Assembly: GCA_964276515.1 (NCBI GenBank)
Contig: OZ193909.1
Coordinates: 19,282,001-19,346,000 of the forward strand
Direction of reading: 5' to 3'
From: Gordius albopunctatus
Lineage: Eukaryota
DNA length: 64,000 nt
In this document: positions 11,097 through 23,963 of the stretch, piece after piece
How the letters are laid out: each line of letters starts with the position of its first letter
Position numbering within the stretch: position 1 is the first letter of the stretch
The notes under the pieces: model-generated
Databases searched by the model: none
What the model was told of the DNA's origin: nothing
What the model saw: the letters and a program-made list of their open reading frames with translations, nothing else
Position numbers and translations under genes: made by a program

Positions 11097-14000
11097 TTAG
11101 ATGGTATGAGCAGGTAATATTTCGCCAACACATTCTCCGAAACCAATTCTGTAATCTTTGCCTTGACAGTAACCTTAAAATGGTTTATAAAAGTGATGAA
11201 AAATAATATATAAAAATAAAAAGACAATGGTTTGATAGATTATAAAAAAATAAACATTAGAAACACATTATTTTCCAAAAAAATCCAGATGATATAATAT
11301 GTCTTTGTATAGAAACAAAAGATATTTATGATAATTTATTTAACTTAAGATTTACTTAAAGAAATATATTTTTTTGGTACAGAATATTCAATAGATGATA
11401 ATATATCTTTGGATATAAATAAAAAAATTTTTTTAAAATAAAATTATACAAAAATGAAAAACAAACTTAAAACCAACCTTTCAATATAATTTGGTCGCCA
11501 TCTTGAAGAAAGGTCCTTTTTTCCCCACTAGAAAGTTCCAGGGGTCGCGCACCTTTCCAAGATAATTCCAAAAGACTTCCAAACTCGGATTTTTCCTATT
11601 AAATTTAATTTTAGTATAAAAAAGAGAAAAATTATACATTTCCACTAATAGTTCCAGTGCCCATAAGATCGCCTGGCCTAACGTTGCAACCATTGCTTGT
11701 GTGATGGGCCAACATTTGCTTGATATTCCAGTATAAATGCTAAATATACACTTTAATGTCACACATTTATAATATATTATAAAAACAATAAAAGTAGAAG
11801 AAAAAATCATGATATATAAATTTTATTTACAGTGTCGAAATTTGAAAAATAGACCAGAGTTGACAGTTAGTATTAGGGCTCGTCTTAATATCGGATTCAG
11901 ATTCAAATTGCGCGAATTTGTCTAAATATCCGATTAAATTTCATAAGTCAACCTCGGTTGTAATTTAATTAGTATTTTGTTTTTTGATCTAGTTAAAACC
12001 GTTCCTTGTTTACTTCAACTCTAGATATTAAATCTAAACTTTGTCGATACGTCTATAAATTTAACAACACATACAACACATTTAAGCTTAGGAAACTTTT
12101 TGCATCTTACAAAATCGCTGTTATGTTATGCGCCTACCTAATATGCAAATCTGCTGCTGTGAATTCGCAGCTAAGACACGGCAGCTATGTTATAAGCCGT
12201 ACTACGACGATTTTTGCTGCTAAGCTAAATCCGATATTAAGACAAGTCCTTAGTCGAACCTAAGGTCGACCAAACAGAACCCAGCTGTTTTTACAACACT
12301 AACATACATGCATATGAATGATTCTGATTTTTCTTTCAAAAAAATTATTGGAAAATTTAATAAGTTATCAACATATTTAACTATAATAATAATAATTTAT
12401 ATAGGTAGAACTTACTTTACCAAAGTTGGCTTTAGAAATACATTGTGCTACATCCATTTTGTCAGCTATATCATTAAAAAAACAAATTTTGTAATGTTAT
12501 ATGATAAATTTGCACTCCGTTGATCAGGCTATCTATAATTTGATCAATTTAAAAAATAGAAAAATAACTTTTTGAACTCTTTTTAACCTAAAATATTAAT
12601 TTTAAAGTGTATTTTGATGTAAAAATTTAGTTTTTTGTGATTAAATAGTTAAAAGATATTAAATCAATTTAATAATAACAAAATGCAAAAATTTTTGCTG
12701 CCTTTGACCAATGAAGCTTAAATGCATTTACACATATTGATTAGTTGTAAAAAGGCTGGGTGCTGTTTGGCCAACCTTTACTTTCAATCGACTAAACATA
12801 AATGACCAAAGGTTTTTTGGTCTATTTTTTTAAATCAACCCCAAGGCATAGTCGAAATTTGAACAACAGACCAGATTTGCCCGTTTGTCTTAGTGGAAGC
12901 AAAGGTTAGCCAAAAAATACCCAGCTGTTTTTACCACATAGAATTGATGCACATTTACTTTTATACAAAATTTCTAAGTTGATGTCAAAATTAAAATTTC
13001 CAGACCCGAGCAGGTGTGGAAATGGAGTTGGATCCTAAAAAATAACAATAATAAAAAACTAATTAAAAATCTAAAAAATATAAAAATCAGGAATAATAAT
13101 CAAAATTAAAAATAATTTAACAAAAAGTATGTGGTTAATATACTTGCACAATATTGGGTATCAAAAATGGTTTTAAGGCTTCAATCGTAATGATCCAGGG
13201 TGAGATGGAAGTGCAGAAACTTTTTCCTAAAAATGGACCCAATGGAAAATATTCCCATTTTTGTATATCTCGGGCTTCATTAATAAGTAAATATTTTTTG
13301 GTAAATGAAGATAAAAGCATATTTTGTGAAATGTAAAATAATATTAAAACTAAAGTAATTTTTGAATGCATTATATACCACTCCAATCATTCATGATAAC
13401 AAGCCCAAAAATATGGTCAGGGGTATTTTGTATAGGAATAGGTGTACCCAAATCATTCCCAGCTCCAACAAAAAATGCCATTTCCAATTCTATATCCAAT
13501 AACTTACTTGGCCCATATACAGGAGGCTCATCTGGATAATTATAAATTTTATATTTATATATGCATTAAATTTAACAAATAATAGAATAAAAAACTTTAA
13601 AAAGTGTTCTCTAAATTCCGAGAGAAAAGTTTCAGATAAATATATTACCGTCTTTGGGTCTAGATTGGCCATTGGGTCTTCTTACAGGTGTTCCTGAGAT
13701 TACAACAGAAGAAGCTCTACCATGGTAACCAACGGGAATATACAACCTAATATTATTCAAAAATATTAACACAAATTTTAAAATGAAATTGCTTAAAATA
13801 TTAATCAACATCTACTTATAACATAAAAATCTACCTACAAATGCAAAACTATATAAAAAAGTAATATATTTAGTTAATAATAACAATTTGTTTTGGAAGT
13901 TAAACAAAACAAAGAAGAGTAAACTAAACTTGTATAAATACTATTTTTATAAAACACGGCACTCAAAGAAATTTAATATAATAATTAAAAAGTATATAAT

Positions 14001-14662
14001 TGAATACCAATTAGGTGGAAGATCATTCTCCTTGCCCCTAAATAACATTCCCATATTATTAGCATGCCCACGGGAACAATAAAAATCTGTATAATCACCA
14101 ATTTCTGCAGGTAAATGCATTGTGCAATCTGTAGATTTTAAAAGTGCTGAAGTGACAAGTAGTTTTAATGAACTATCCTGATCATTAGATGGTGTCAATA
14201 ATTTTATTATCTTAGCTCTAGCTTCAGACCATGCATGACTTCCCAAAGCCATAAATGCATTCAATGTTTCCTTGTTATATAAAAGCATAATAGTATTAAA
14301 AAAACTTAAAAATTATGAGGCAAAATTACTTAGATTATTTAAAAGATATAAGATATTTATCATTTATATTAACTCATTAGTAAAAAATATAAAATATCAC
14401 ATTACCTTTTCAAAAACATCTTTGTTTTCCTTCAAAATGGGTCCATCAAAAAGATTTTTAATTTGTTTTAAATCAAGAACATAATCACCAATTGCCACCC
14501 CTATTCTTGCGGTAGCCTAAAAAACATTCATAAAGAAATCATTTCAGATAAAAAATAAACAAAAATAAATCCTACATCATATTTTGTTGAGAAAATACCA
14601 TATGGAAGATTTTCTATAGGAAAATCTGTCCTATTGTCATACGATATGATACATTTGCCCAT
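11097..14662 (-). CDS. FAH: Fumarylacetoacetase; exons 14662-14576, 14516-14406, 14270-14008, 13746-13649, 13531-13379, 13274-13144, 13034-12959, 12465-12416, 11739-11638, 11595-11478, 11173-11097
   Basis: Spliced translation has [110 protein letters not shown]; all introns GT-AG and phase-consistent. Confidence 0.97.
11876..12249. mobile_element. PIF/Harbinger-type MITE in an FAH intron
   Basis: TIRs GGGCTCGTCTTAATATCGGATT / AATCCGATATTAAGACAAGTCC flanked by TTA duplication; nested in an older MITE related to 12742-12938. Confidence 0.7.
12742..12938. mobile_element. MITE in an FAH intron
   Basis: Imperfect inverted ends GTTGTAAAAAGGCTGGGT / ACCCAGCTGTTTTTACCAC; a related end is at 12280-12299. 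Confidence 0.55.
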
Positions 14663-15144
14663 ATTCAAATTTAAATAAAAACAGGTGTTTTTGTGATTGA
14701 ATGGCCGACAAAAGAGCTAAAATATTTCAAACGACGAGATATTTTTATGGCCAATTCCTTTGGATTAATTAATGTTGTCCATGGGCGTTGTTGAATCTGA
14801 ATTATACTTTATTTAAACTAATAAAAAATACATGTAATAAGAATACCAAAAGATAATTATGTTTTGTTGTAGTGTTTGTAATATATTTAAATTTAAAAAA
14901 TAACAATTCTTATATATACAACATACGCCGTTTCTTTAAAAGAGTTAAATTTCCTGAATAGTCTGGAAGGAGAGTGAGTTAGATTTCCGCAATAAGTTTG
15001 GAAGGAGGATGAACAAGTCGCTTAGGGTGGCTACTAAGTTCTTGACTTTCTTCCGCTAAGCTTTTCTTCGCATAAAAGTTCTTGTCAACAGGTTGTTGAG
15101 AAGCTGTCTCTACGCATGTATCTGGTAATAAGATTAATAATTGT

Positions 15145-16287
15145 TTTCGCTCATCTGGTGCATTTTTACACCCAGAAGTTTTAAAGTCGTACGAAGGCTT
15201 TTTAAAAACCTTATTAGAAAAAATTTAAAATTTAATACTAATAATTGGATTCAAGCATCCCTTCCAACAAAATCTGGAGGATTGGAAATTCGCCCTCCCG
15301 GCAGCATACTGCTAGCTGCTTTTATTTCCTCTTTTAAACCGGTCAAAAACTTAATTTTTAATCTCACAACACATGATTCCGATCCTCTGCTAACTCAAGC
15401 CTTAGAGCTTTGGAATTTAAATGTCACACCCGAGACCATTCAACCTCAAAGTACGAGACAAAAGGATTGGAATTCTGGACTCGCATCGCGCTCCGTAGAT
15501 TAACTTTACATTACAACCTTAGGTCCCTCGCTTTTGATGGTTCCGGTCACGAGTGGCTTGAAGCCTATCCATGCAAACCTTTAAGAATGCTGCTTGAAGA
15601 CTTTGAGCTATCATATTCCATAGCTTTAAGGTTGGGGATCAGTTACAGCAGAGAATTCAATTGTCAAAACTGTCTTTCCAATGTAGACGAATATGCTAGA
15701 CACCTTCTACACTGCCTAGCAAATAAATATAAATATGTTAGGCACACTAAAGCCAATTTATTAATTCAAGCTGCCCTTAAAAAGGCAAAAATCTCCTCAA
15801 TTCCTGAGCCGTCAGATCCCTCTATTGAAGGTAGGATGCGCCCTGACGGCTATTCTCTAGTCCCCTGGCAAAATGGCCTATCCTTCAAATGGGATTTTAC
15901 TTGTATTGACCTATTTGCCCCTTCCCATTTTAATTACGACCCTATTGCTACAGCAAAAGGGCGTAAAACTACAAAGTACTCTGCCCTTTTGGCATCCAAT
16001 ATTTTTATCCTTGTCGTTGCCTTGTGCTCCGGTTCCTTCGGTAAACAGGCAATGGGGTTTTTTAAAGAAATCGTAAAACGCTCACCGAAATCTAAAATTT
16101 CTGCGTCCGTTTTACTCAGGCCACAACTAGGGATTCTTGTTGTACGATACAACTTTAAATCCTTTGCCGACTCATTACCCATTTTAGAAGATAATGATAG
16201 AGATCTTTGTATTTAACCAATATGTTTTTCTTGATTTTTGTATTTCGTTTATTTATGTAACTTTGTTTCGTGAAAATAAACTTTTTT
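15145..16287 (+). mobile_element. 5'-truncated CRE-like non-LTR retrotransposon (zinc knuckle plus restriction-like endonuclease)
   Basis: QASLPTKSGGLEIR, EWLEAYP, ALRLG, CQNC...HLLHC...RH, RPDG...PW...WDFTCID..APS, KTTKY; candidate 8-bp TSD ATAATTGT at 15137-15144 and 16288-16295. Confidence 0.8.
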
Positions 16288-17522
16288 ATAATTGTGTCAA
16301 CGGCACTTCTCTTCCAAAGCTGATCGGCATGTTTTCTCCGCAATCTACCTTCAATTTGCCCCTGGTAAGACTTGTACGTGAGGCTATAGCTCCCTATGAG
16401 TTATTCCCGCCCAAAACCAATCTACCAAAGCTATAAGAACAGACTCGAAAAGGTGAACCTTCTCGATGTTCATTGTGCTGCTGTTGTTGGTGAGGATGGT
16501 TGGAAGAGTAGTAATTAAGGGCTTCTTGAAACCCCAGTGTAAATTTTGCACCTTCCCCGCTGCTGTTATCAAAACGTTTGACAGGCCCTTCCCTTGGAGC
16601 TGGCAGAACCATTCGAGGGTTGAAATTAAGTTGACTCGGCATAGGGTGAGTGGCTTGAGATTGTAAAGAGTTTATGCTTCGTTTATGATATAGGGGAGAA
16701 GAACCGGGCATCCTTTGAGTCTGATAAGAACCACCGCCACGACTACGATGGGAAGGGGAGCGAGGTTTGGGACGTCGACGTTTGGCATCGCCCCTTCCGC
16801 CAAAATGTCTAAAAGCGACGTCGCTATGTACAAATGTCCGTCTTAAAACCTGGATTGAGAGGAAGCCTTTTTATAAGGTCGGTCAGGAGAGCTTAAGGTG
16901 CTTCAAATTCTAATCCTTTGTCTCCTCCCTTTATTTTGAGGTCTAACTTTTTGGCTTCTATTGGCATCCATATAAGAGGCCGGCCCTCCTCCTGCTCCTT
17001 TGGAGTCCCTTTTAGGTTGTCTCACAACTTCATTTAGTTGTGTGGGCACCAGCGGGAAATGAATGGTGAGACCCTCCGCTACCTAAAGGAAATTCTCTCA
17101 AATGATTGCCACTAGCGTCCCCGACTTTATTACTCCACGATCTATTGTTATTATATGTGGGCGTAGAAACTTTATTTAACCGTTTTGCCATATTATTAAA
17201 CCGATAATTCCTATCGTTCAAACCCGGAAATCTTGTAGGAAAATGCCAAACATCATGGGATGGAGTGCTACGATTCAAACCTTCCCTGCCGCTCCTATAA
17301 GATATGAAGGAAGGTTGAGGGCCGAGCAGGGACGATAATTCTTGTTGGCGCAATAGATGCCTTTGTCGTGTTCGTCCTTCTTCATCAAGCTTCCGGAACG
17401 TTTCGCTCCAATTTTTGAGATAAATGAATTCTCGTCCAATAAATTCAACTTTTGAACCTTTACTAATGGTGGCAAGGCAAGCTTAAAAGCTATGCTCCAT
17501 GGCAATCCAAAAATAAGTACGT

Positions 17523-17722
17523 TTTAGTGAGAGCGTAGAAATATAATTTATTACACGATAAAAGAACAATGATCCAAAACTTATAAAAGAGTGAGTTTAT
17601 ATAGCGATAGATAAGGATAACATTCAAATGAAAATTGATTCTGTGTGTGTATTCTTTCTATTTTCACCTTGTACGTATTACAACCAAATCTTTCCAAGGT
17701 AAGTGTAATTTGTTTCCCTACA
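17523..17722 (-). repeat. 3' LTR of the Gypsy element
   Basis: Direct repeat of 21706-21905. Confidence 0.95.
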
Positions 17723-17762
17723 GATACTCCCCCTCTTAAAAAAAAAAATATATATATACACA

Positions 17763-20700
17763 TTATAATTTATAAGAAAAATTTTGTGGAGTAGTTATAG
17801 TTCTTCCATATCTAGAAAATCGTTGTTGAACAGGTAAAGTGTTACTATAATCTTCTTTTCTTTCGATCCATGCTGGTTTAAGCCTATCAAGTGATATGGT
17901 TTCCTCTTTATTACCCTTTTCCACTATGAAAAATTTCTTTCTCCTTTTTAGTACTTTAAAGGGTCCATCATATGGGGGTTGTAAAGATTTTCTGACCGTG
18001 TCATTGCGCACAAAAACATAATCTGATGTTTTTAGATTGTTAGGGATATATTCCTTCTTATCATGTCTTCTGGTAGGGCAAAATTTTAGATTTTGCATTA
18101 TTTCTTTAAGTCTAATTACATAACCTGGTTTTGATGAGTCTATGAACGATTTTTGAAAATATTCCCCTGGTAGCCTTAACGTCGTTCCATAAACCATTTC
18201 CGAAGGGGTGTATCCGATATCTTCTTTAATTGTCGACCTAATGCTGAGAAGAATTAATGGTAGTGTTTCACTCCATTTTGTCGTATCTTCTTGTGACATG
18301 ATGGAAGCTTTTAATTGCCTATGAAAGCGTTCAACTAAACCATTAGAACACGGGTGATAGGCTGTAGTTTTGATATGGTCAAATCCTAATGTGGATGATA
18401 ATTCTCGAAATAAACAGGATGTAAATTGAGCACCTCTATCAGTAGTTATAATCTTTGGGACACCAAAGTTGGCAATCCAATGTTGAATAAATATTCTTGC
18501 TAAATTTTCGGCTGATATATCGTTGATTGGTATTGCGATTGGCCATCTCGTAAAGCGATCGATGGCTGTAAGAATATGGGTGTAGTGAGATGAAGGTGGC
18601 AAAGGGCCTACCACATCCATATGTACGTGACTGAACCTTTCGTCGGTGTCGTCAAAAGTGCCAGGGGAAGTAATAGTGTGTTTGTTCACTTTAGACTTTT
18701 GACATTTTATGCATTCTTTTGTCCAATTCCGAATATCTTTATTCATCGAGGGCCACACAAAACTGCGAGTAATTAGTCTTTGAGTTGCTCGAATCCCGGG
18801 ATGTGAAAGAGAGTGAAAGTGATCGAAGAAATCCTTTCTTAGTTTTGTTGGTATAAGTGGTCGAGGTGAACCTGTCGATATGTCGCAAAGAATGTCTTCT
18901 TGACAACCAGGTCTTTTTAATTTTACGAGACGTAAAGATTGAGTGTTGAGCAATAACTCAGTATCATTCATTTGGTTCAAGACTATTTGAATCTCATTCG
19001 GACAAATAGGTAAAGTTAAAGAATTTATGTCTGATCGAGATAGTGTGTCCGCTGTAATATTACTATTACCTTTTATAAAGCGAATGTCAGTGCTGAATTG
19101 AGAGACATAATCTAAATGTCGGATTTCTCTGGGTGAATAACGATCAATTTTTGCCTGGAAAGAATAAATTAAAGGTTTATGATCCGTAAATATAGTAAAA
19201 TTGCGTCCCTCTAGTATGTGTTTGAAATGTTTAATCGCCAAAAAAATAGCTAGTAATTCTCGACTAAATGTACTATAGCGTGCTTGAGCTGCTGATAATT
19301 TTTGAGAAAAAAAGGCTAATGGTTCTTGTTTGTGATTGCTTACCTGATGCAAAACTCCCCCAACTGCTATGTTCGAGGCATCTGTGGTTAATGTTAACCA
19401 ACTGTTTGATTTCAAAAATCCTAAATTGGTTGCTTTAATTATACTTTCTTTTAAGAGATTAAATGAATTCATTTCTACCTCCATTATTTTAATATCTTTC
19501 TCATCATTGTTTAATAAGTCGGTAAGTGGTTTCGAAATTGAAGCACAATTTGGTATAAAACGTCTATAAAAATTCACCATACCTAAAAAACGTTTCAAAC
19601 TCTTCATGGTTTGAGGAATTGGAAAATCCCTAATTGCATCAATTTTGTTTGACAAGGGGCGTATGCCATTTTGATCGACATTATGACCGAGAAAGTTTAA
19701 TGATTTTACCCCCAAAGAACATTTTGATAGATTTATGCGAATACCGTATGTTTGTAATCGTTTAAAAACTGTCGAGAGGTGTAATTTGTGTTCATGTTCT
19801 GTGGAACTGGCGATAAGTATATCATCGATGTAAGCATACACAAAATCCAAACCATTAAAAATTTCATCTATGAGGCGCTGAAATGTTTGTGCTGCGTTCC
19901 GCACTCCGAACGGCATTCTTACAAATTCAAAAAGTCCAAAAGGTGTTGTGATTGCGGTCTTAGGGATGTCCTCTGGAGCCATCGGAATTTGATGGTAAGC
20001 TTTTACTAAATCCAACTTTGAAAAAATGCATTTACCTGTTAGATTTAAAGCGAAATCATGTAGATGTGGAATGGGGTATCTATCAGGTTTTGTTGCGTAA
20101 TTAAGCATTCTAAAATCTCCACATGGACGCCATGTCCCTGGGGTCTCTTTTGGTACCATATGTAAGGGGGATGACCATTTACTATGTGAGGGTTTTATTA
20201 TGCCTAATCTACTCATCTCTTCAAATTCTTTTTTTGCTATTTTAAATTTTTCGGGATTTAAACGTCGTGGAGAACAATGTATCGCGGGTCCTTTCGTTAT
20301 TATATGGTGTTGGGTATTATGTTTCACTTTGTCATTAAAATCTGGTGGCTTTGTAATATCAGGAAATTGTTTTAATATAGAGTAAAAATCATTATCCTGT
20401 GGAATTGGACTGTTTATAGATGACATTGAGGAATTGGTTATATTCGATAATTTTAGAGAATAATTTTGTGGATTAATTATGCGTTTATTTTTAACATCAA
20501 TTATTAAACCAAAGTGTGATATAAAATCTGAACCTAATATCGGTGAATGAACGTCTGCGATCAAAAAAGTCCAGTTAAATTCTCTTTTCAAACCTATATC
20601 TAATTTTAACGATGTTTGTCCGTAAGTATTTATATTGCTCGAATTAGCTGCTTTTAAACATAATTTATTTAATGTTACTTTAGTTTTTGTTGTCGGTGGA

Positions 20701-20864
20701 ATCACACTAATTTGGGCTCCCGTGTCAATCAGATAACGTAAACCTGATATTTTGTCAAAAACATAGAAAAGGCGATTATGGTTGATATGGCCGAATCCAG
20801 CTATCGCCTTTACTGGTAGGCCTGCCTGTTTAACCCTTTTCCAAAATAACATGGTTCGACACAC
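17763..20864 (-). CDS. pol: Gypsy Pol (protease-RT-RNase H-integrase), probably by -1 frameshift from gag
   Basis: [49 protein letters not shown]...[29 protein letters not shown]. Candidate slippery GTTAAAC at 20828-20834 in the overlap. Confidence 0.95.
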   Translation of the reverse strand: MCRTMLFWKRVKQAGLPVKAIAGFGHINHNRLFYVFDKISGLRYLIDTGAQISVIPPTTKTKVTLNKLCLKAANSSNINTYGQTSLKLDIGLKREFNWTFLIADVHSPILGSDFISHFGLIIDVKNKRIINPQNYSLKLSNITNSSMSSINSPIPQDNDFYSILKQFPDITKPPDFNDKVKHNTQHHIITKGPAIHCSPRRLNPEKFKIAKKEFEEMSRLGIIKPSHSKWSSPLHMVPKETPGTWRPCGDFRMLNYATKPDRYPIPHLHDFALNLTGKCIFSKLDLVKAYHQIPMAPEDIPKTAITTPFGLFEFVRMPFGVRNAAQTFQRLIDEIFNGLDFVYAYIDDILIASSTEHEHKLHLSTVFKRLQTYGIRINLSKCSLGVKSLNFLGHNVDQNGIRPLSNKIDAIRDFPIPQTMKSLKRFLGMVNFYRRFIPNCASISKPLTDLLNNDEKDIKIMEVEMNSFNLLKESIIKATNLGFLKSNSWLTLTTDASNIAVGGVLHQVSNHKQEPLAFFSQKLSAAQARYSTFSRELLAIFLAIKHFKHILEGRNFTIFTDHKPLIYSFQAKIDRYSPREIRHLDYVSQFSTDIRFIKGNSNITADTLSRSDINSLTLPICPNEIQIVLNQMNDTELLLNTQSLRLVKLKRPGCQEDILCDISTGSPRPLIPTKLRKDFFDHFHSLSHPGIRATQRLITRSFVWPSMNKDIRNWTKECIKCQKSKVNKHTITSPGTFDDTDERFSHVHMDVVGPLPPSSHYTHILTAIDRFTRWPIAIPINDISAENLARIFIQHWIANFGVPKIITTDRGAQFTSCLFRELSSTLGFDHIKTTAYHPCSNGLVERFHRQLKASIMSQEDTTKWSETLPLILLSIRSTIKEDIGYTPSEMVYGTTLRLPGEYFQKSFIDSSKPGYVIRLKEIMQNLKFCPTRRHDKKEYIPNNLKTSDYVFVRNDTVRKSLQPPYDGPFKVLKRRKKFFIVEKGNKEETISLDRLKPAWIERKEDYSNTLPVQQRFSRYGRTITTPQNFSYKL

Positions 20865-21610
20865 TTCCTGGCGTTTGATCCCCAGGTGTCATGATACCAG
20901 CACAATGGTCTGTTGTTTGAAATCCCAGAAGAGTGATAAGGGGATGATCTATTGTTTGAAATCCCAGAAGAGTGATAAGGGGTCTGGGGTTGACCTATCT
21001 TTTCTAATGTCCTATTTAGAGCAGATAAAACCTCTGTTAGTTCTTTAGAGTATGCATCAGTGGAGTGTTTTTTTTGGTTATGAATGTTATTAACATAATT
21101 AGTTGTTTTTTTTGACAGCACGATGCGGTCGGCTGTTTCAGCCAATTTCTCCAGTGTAGTATCTTCATTAAACGAGACCAATATGGGAATGAGTTCACAA
21201 GGCAATTTGTTGAGCCAGAGTTCCTTTAGAATCTTTTGGTCAAGAACGTATGTTCCCACTAAACTCTTCATGTATCGTAAAAGCTGCGATGGGGATCTAT
21301 CCCCTAAATCCACTGCTTTTAAAAATTCCACCAATCTTGATTCATCTGATTCGCCAACCCTCTTGATAAGTGCTTGTTTGAGTTTCTGAAATGGTTGATC
21401 AGTTGGAATATTAATGATTAAATCCTCCACCTCTTCAGCGATTTCGGGTGGTAACGTTTCAAGAATATAACCAAATTTTGATTTTTCGGAGGTAATTCTT
21501 CTTGCCTGGAATACGGCCTCTGCCTGGGCCAACCAAATTCTGACATTTCTGCGATAAAATGTGGGTATCTTCAGCTGTATAGTTGCTTCAATCTCTTGTT
21601 TATTTTCCAT
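20810..21610 (-). CDS. gag: Gypsy Gag
   Basis: KIPTFY...[26 protein letters not shown], terminal CWYH...ARKCVEPC knuckle; contains a duplicated [11 protein letters not shown]. Confidence 0.92.
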   Translation of the reverse strand: MENKQEIEATIQLKIPTFYRRNVRIWLAQAEAVFQARRITSEKSKFGYILETLPPEIAEEVEDLIINIPTDQPFQKLKQALIKRVGESDESRLVEFLKAVDLGDRSPSQLLRYMKSLVGTYVLDQKILKELWLNKLPCELIPILVSFNEDTTLEKLAETADRIVLSKKTTNYVNNIHNQKKHSTDAYSKELTEVLSALNRTLEKIGQPQTPYHSSGISNNRSSPYHSSGISNNRPLCWYHDTWGSNARKCVEPCYFGKGLNRQAYQ

Positions 21611-21690
21611 TTTAATGAATAATATTTAGGAAAAAAAATTGTTTGCGAACGATAACTAATTAATCTCTGAGATTGTTGAGGGGAAAAAAG

Positions 21691-21703
21691 GTCGGGGTCA
21701 CCA
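21691..21703 (-). promoter_or_regulatory. Primer-binding site, tRNA-Trp type
   Basis: TGGTGACCCCGAC, 2 nt inside the 5' LTR, complementary to the 3' end of eukaryotic tRNA-Trp (...GUCGGGGUCACCA). Confidence 0.8.
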
Positions 21704-21705
21704 TT

Positions 21706-21905
21706 TTTAGTGAGAGCGTAGAAATATAATTTATTACACGATAAAAGAACAATGATCCAAAACTTATAAAAGAGTGAGTTTATATAGCGATAGATAAGGA
21801 TAACATTCAAATGAAAATTGATTCTGTTTGTGTATTCTTTCTATTTTCACCTTGTACGTATTACAACCAAATCTTTCCAAGGTAAGTGTAATTTGTTTCC
21901 CTACA
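21706..21905 (-). repeat. 5' LTR of the Gypsy element
   Basis: Direct repeat of 17523-17722. Confidence 0.95.
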
Positions 21906-22329
21906 ACGTCATGTTTTTCGCTTACTAGAGCCGTTAAAGTTTTAGTTTGTGACCCAATTCGCACTTTCATTGGGGTCTCGCCTAAAATCTCTAAAGCAGT
22001 ATTACCGTAAACCATGGGCAATATAGTCGATTTTATTTCTGGAGAGCCAATTTTCTTTCACAAATTACTATTAATTATGGAAACTTGAGCTCCAGTGTCG
22101 TAGTCCATAAGAGTACGAATTCTATTAAGTTTTAAATCAATTACCGATCGACGCCCCGCCGTTTAATGTGATTGATCAAATCAATGGTAGCATTATCGCT
22201 GTCGTATCCGTTGAAATCAATCTTTTGAAGTTTAGGATCTTCTCTACAACATCGCGCATAATGACCTTTCTTATGGCAATTCCTACGAATCACCTTGAAA
22301 GCGGGGCATTGGTAAGAACGACAAGTCGT

Positions 22330-23556
22330 TCGCCGAGGATTGGAACATCCCACAACTGGAAGTGGTCCACGCCCGACGGCAGTTATTTCCTAGCACTGAC
22401 AGAGGCCTCCCAAAGGGCCGCAACGTCAAAAAGGCGCCGGCCTCTGCCAGGAGTAAGGCGCAGAATTAAGGCGTTGGTAGGATCGTGGGAAGTCGGGCCC
22501 TCGGGCTTACCGCTTCCCGGCGGAGGCTCACCCAACTAATCTTTCAAATCAGGGAGACGCGCCGCTGGATATTCTCTCCGTCCGAACTCCTATCGGGGGC
22601 GACGGGAGCAATCTAACTGCCATTTAATCAACTATATTCGGAATTATTCTTTCTCGCCCCCAACTTTGAGCAGCGCATGACCCAAGTGGAGACCGCCTTC
22701 GGCCGGGATACGGGATCAGAAATGATGCCTATATTCGACCTCCACAAGTCTATATTCCATTGGAATAAAGAGCCCAACACTACCCCCCCCCCTTCCCGCC
22801 CTCTTAACATCCACACATCATTACTACGGCCACACCCCTTCCAATCCCCTTTTACTAAGCGTGTCGCCAAGAAGGGCTTTATGCCCCGGCTGGACATGCC
22901 CAAAATCCGCTCGCACGGGGGCATATTCTTAACCTGGCGACGAAAAGCCATTTCTCGAGGAAGACCAGAATATTTCCAGACTATGATTGAAGCAGGCGTC
23001 GTAGAAGAAACCACCAAGGAGTTAATAAAATCAGCAACCTTCTTTATCCCGAAGTCTAACGGCGACGTCCGCGTTATCACGGACTTATCCCAGGTATCGA
23101 AAAACTTTATCCATTATCCCATGCGTCAATTCCCCTAACATCAAGGCAACTAACCGAGCGTTCTACGTAGCCAAGGTCGACATCAAGGTCGCCTTCTTTA
23201 GCATCCCCCTGAACATCTCGGCTCGTAAGTATGCTGCATACACATTCTGGACGAGGAAATTCCGCTACAAAGTCCTCCCTATGGGGGCATCCTTTTCCCC
23301 CTACGTGCTGCAAATGATTGTGGCAGACCTAACCGCCAAAGCGGTTACGAGATGTAAATACAATGTTTACCTTGACGACATCCTTATCTACGGAGATTCT
23401 TACACGGATGTTCAAGATGATTTGGAATCTATTTATTCGCTGGCCGCAGAGTGGGGCCTGACAGTCAATGCCCAGAAGTCCTCCCCGAGAGAGACATAGA
23501 ATACCTGGGCCTTAAAATTTCGTTCGAGGACCACTCTATCCGGTGTACTGCGTCAC
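22330..23556 (+). pseudogene. Hepadnavirus-like retroelement polymerase, copy 2 (frameshifted, truncated after the RT core)
   Basis: Homologous to copy 1: RPLPGVRRRIK...WEVGPSG, RETRR..FSP, HKSIFHW, YFQTMIEAGVVEET, ATFFIPKSNGDVRVITDLSQVS, VDIKVAFFSIPL, LPMGASFSPYVLQ, YLDD, YLGL. Confidence 0.8.
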
Positions 23557-23963
23557 CTATTTAGGCATATCATTATAAACAATAAACGCTGTGGGCGATA
23601 GCAGGCTTGCCCTGCAGGAACCCACTGCGTAACGGCCATGATTGGACTAGTATAAAATAAATATCTTGCAAAGCGAGTCATATTTTAAAATCTCTAACTA
23701 GGTTCGTAAAAGTGCACGACCGATGTAGATGTATTATATATAAAACATGCAGCACCATCATACTCTATATCAGGTTTCTAACAATTAGCAGACCAATAGT
23801 TGCAAAGCGAAGCATTATATTATAATGCTTTAAAAATTCGTAAGGAGTGTCATCCACAGAAAACTTTAGGCTTTGCCTTAGTCTTCTATGGCTACCACTC
23901 AATTCATTTGAGGATATCTTATATAACAGAAAAGAGAGCTCTTCAATTTTTGAATCAAAGAAC

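Larger units (their letters stand above)
17523..21905 (-). mobile_element. Full-length young Ty3/Gypsy LTR retrotransposon
   Basis: Two 200-bp LTRs (17523-17722, 21706-21905) differing at one base; 4-bp TSD ACGT; PBS; PPT AAGAGGGGGAGTATC next to the 3' LTR; intact gag and pol. Confidence 0.97.
14960..22325 (-). mobile_element. Old decayed Gypsy-like LTR retrotransposon remnant (pieces ~22325-21906, 17522-~17400, ~16400-16296, 15136-~14960) hosting later insertions
   Basis: Zinc-knuckle-like CPAFKVIRRNCHKKGHYARCC; protease MDYDTGAQVSII ... KHDV|LIFGLPW continuous across the young Gypsy; integrase-tail-like RRKHADQLWKR and PKRLVHPPSKL on either side of the CRE insertion. Confidence 0.6.

Noticed and set aside
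19369..21389. Plus-strand short ORFs within the Gypsy element
   Set aside because: Antisense shadows of gag/pol.
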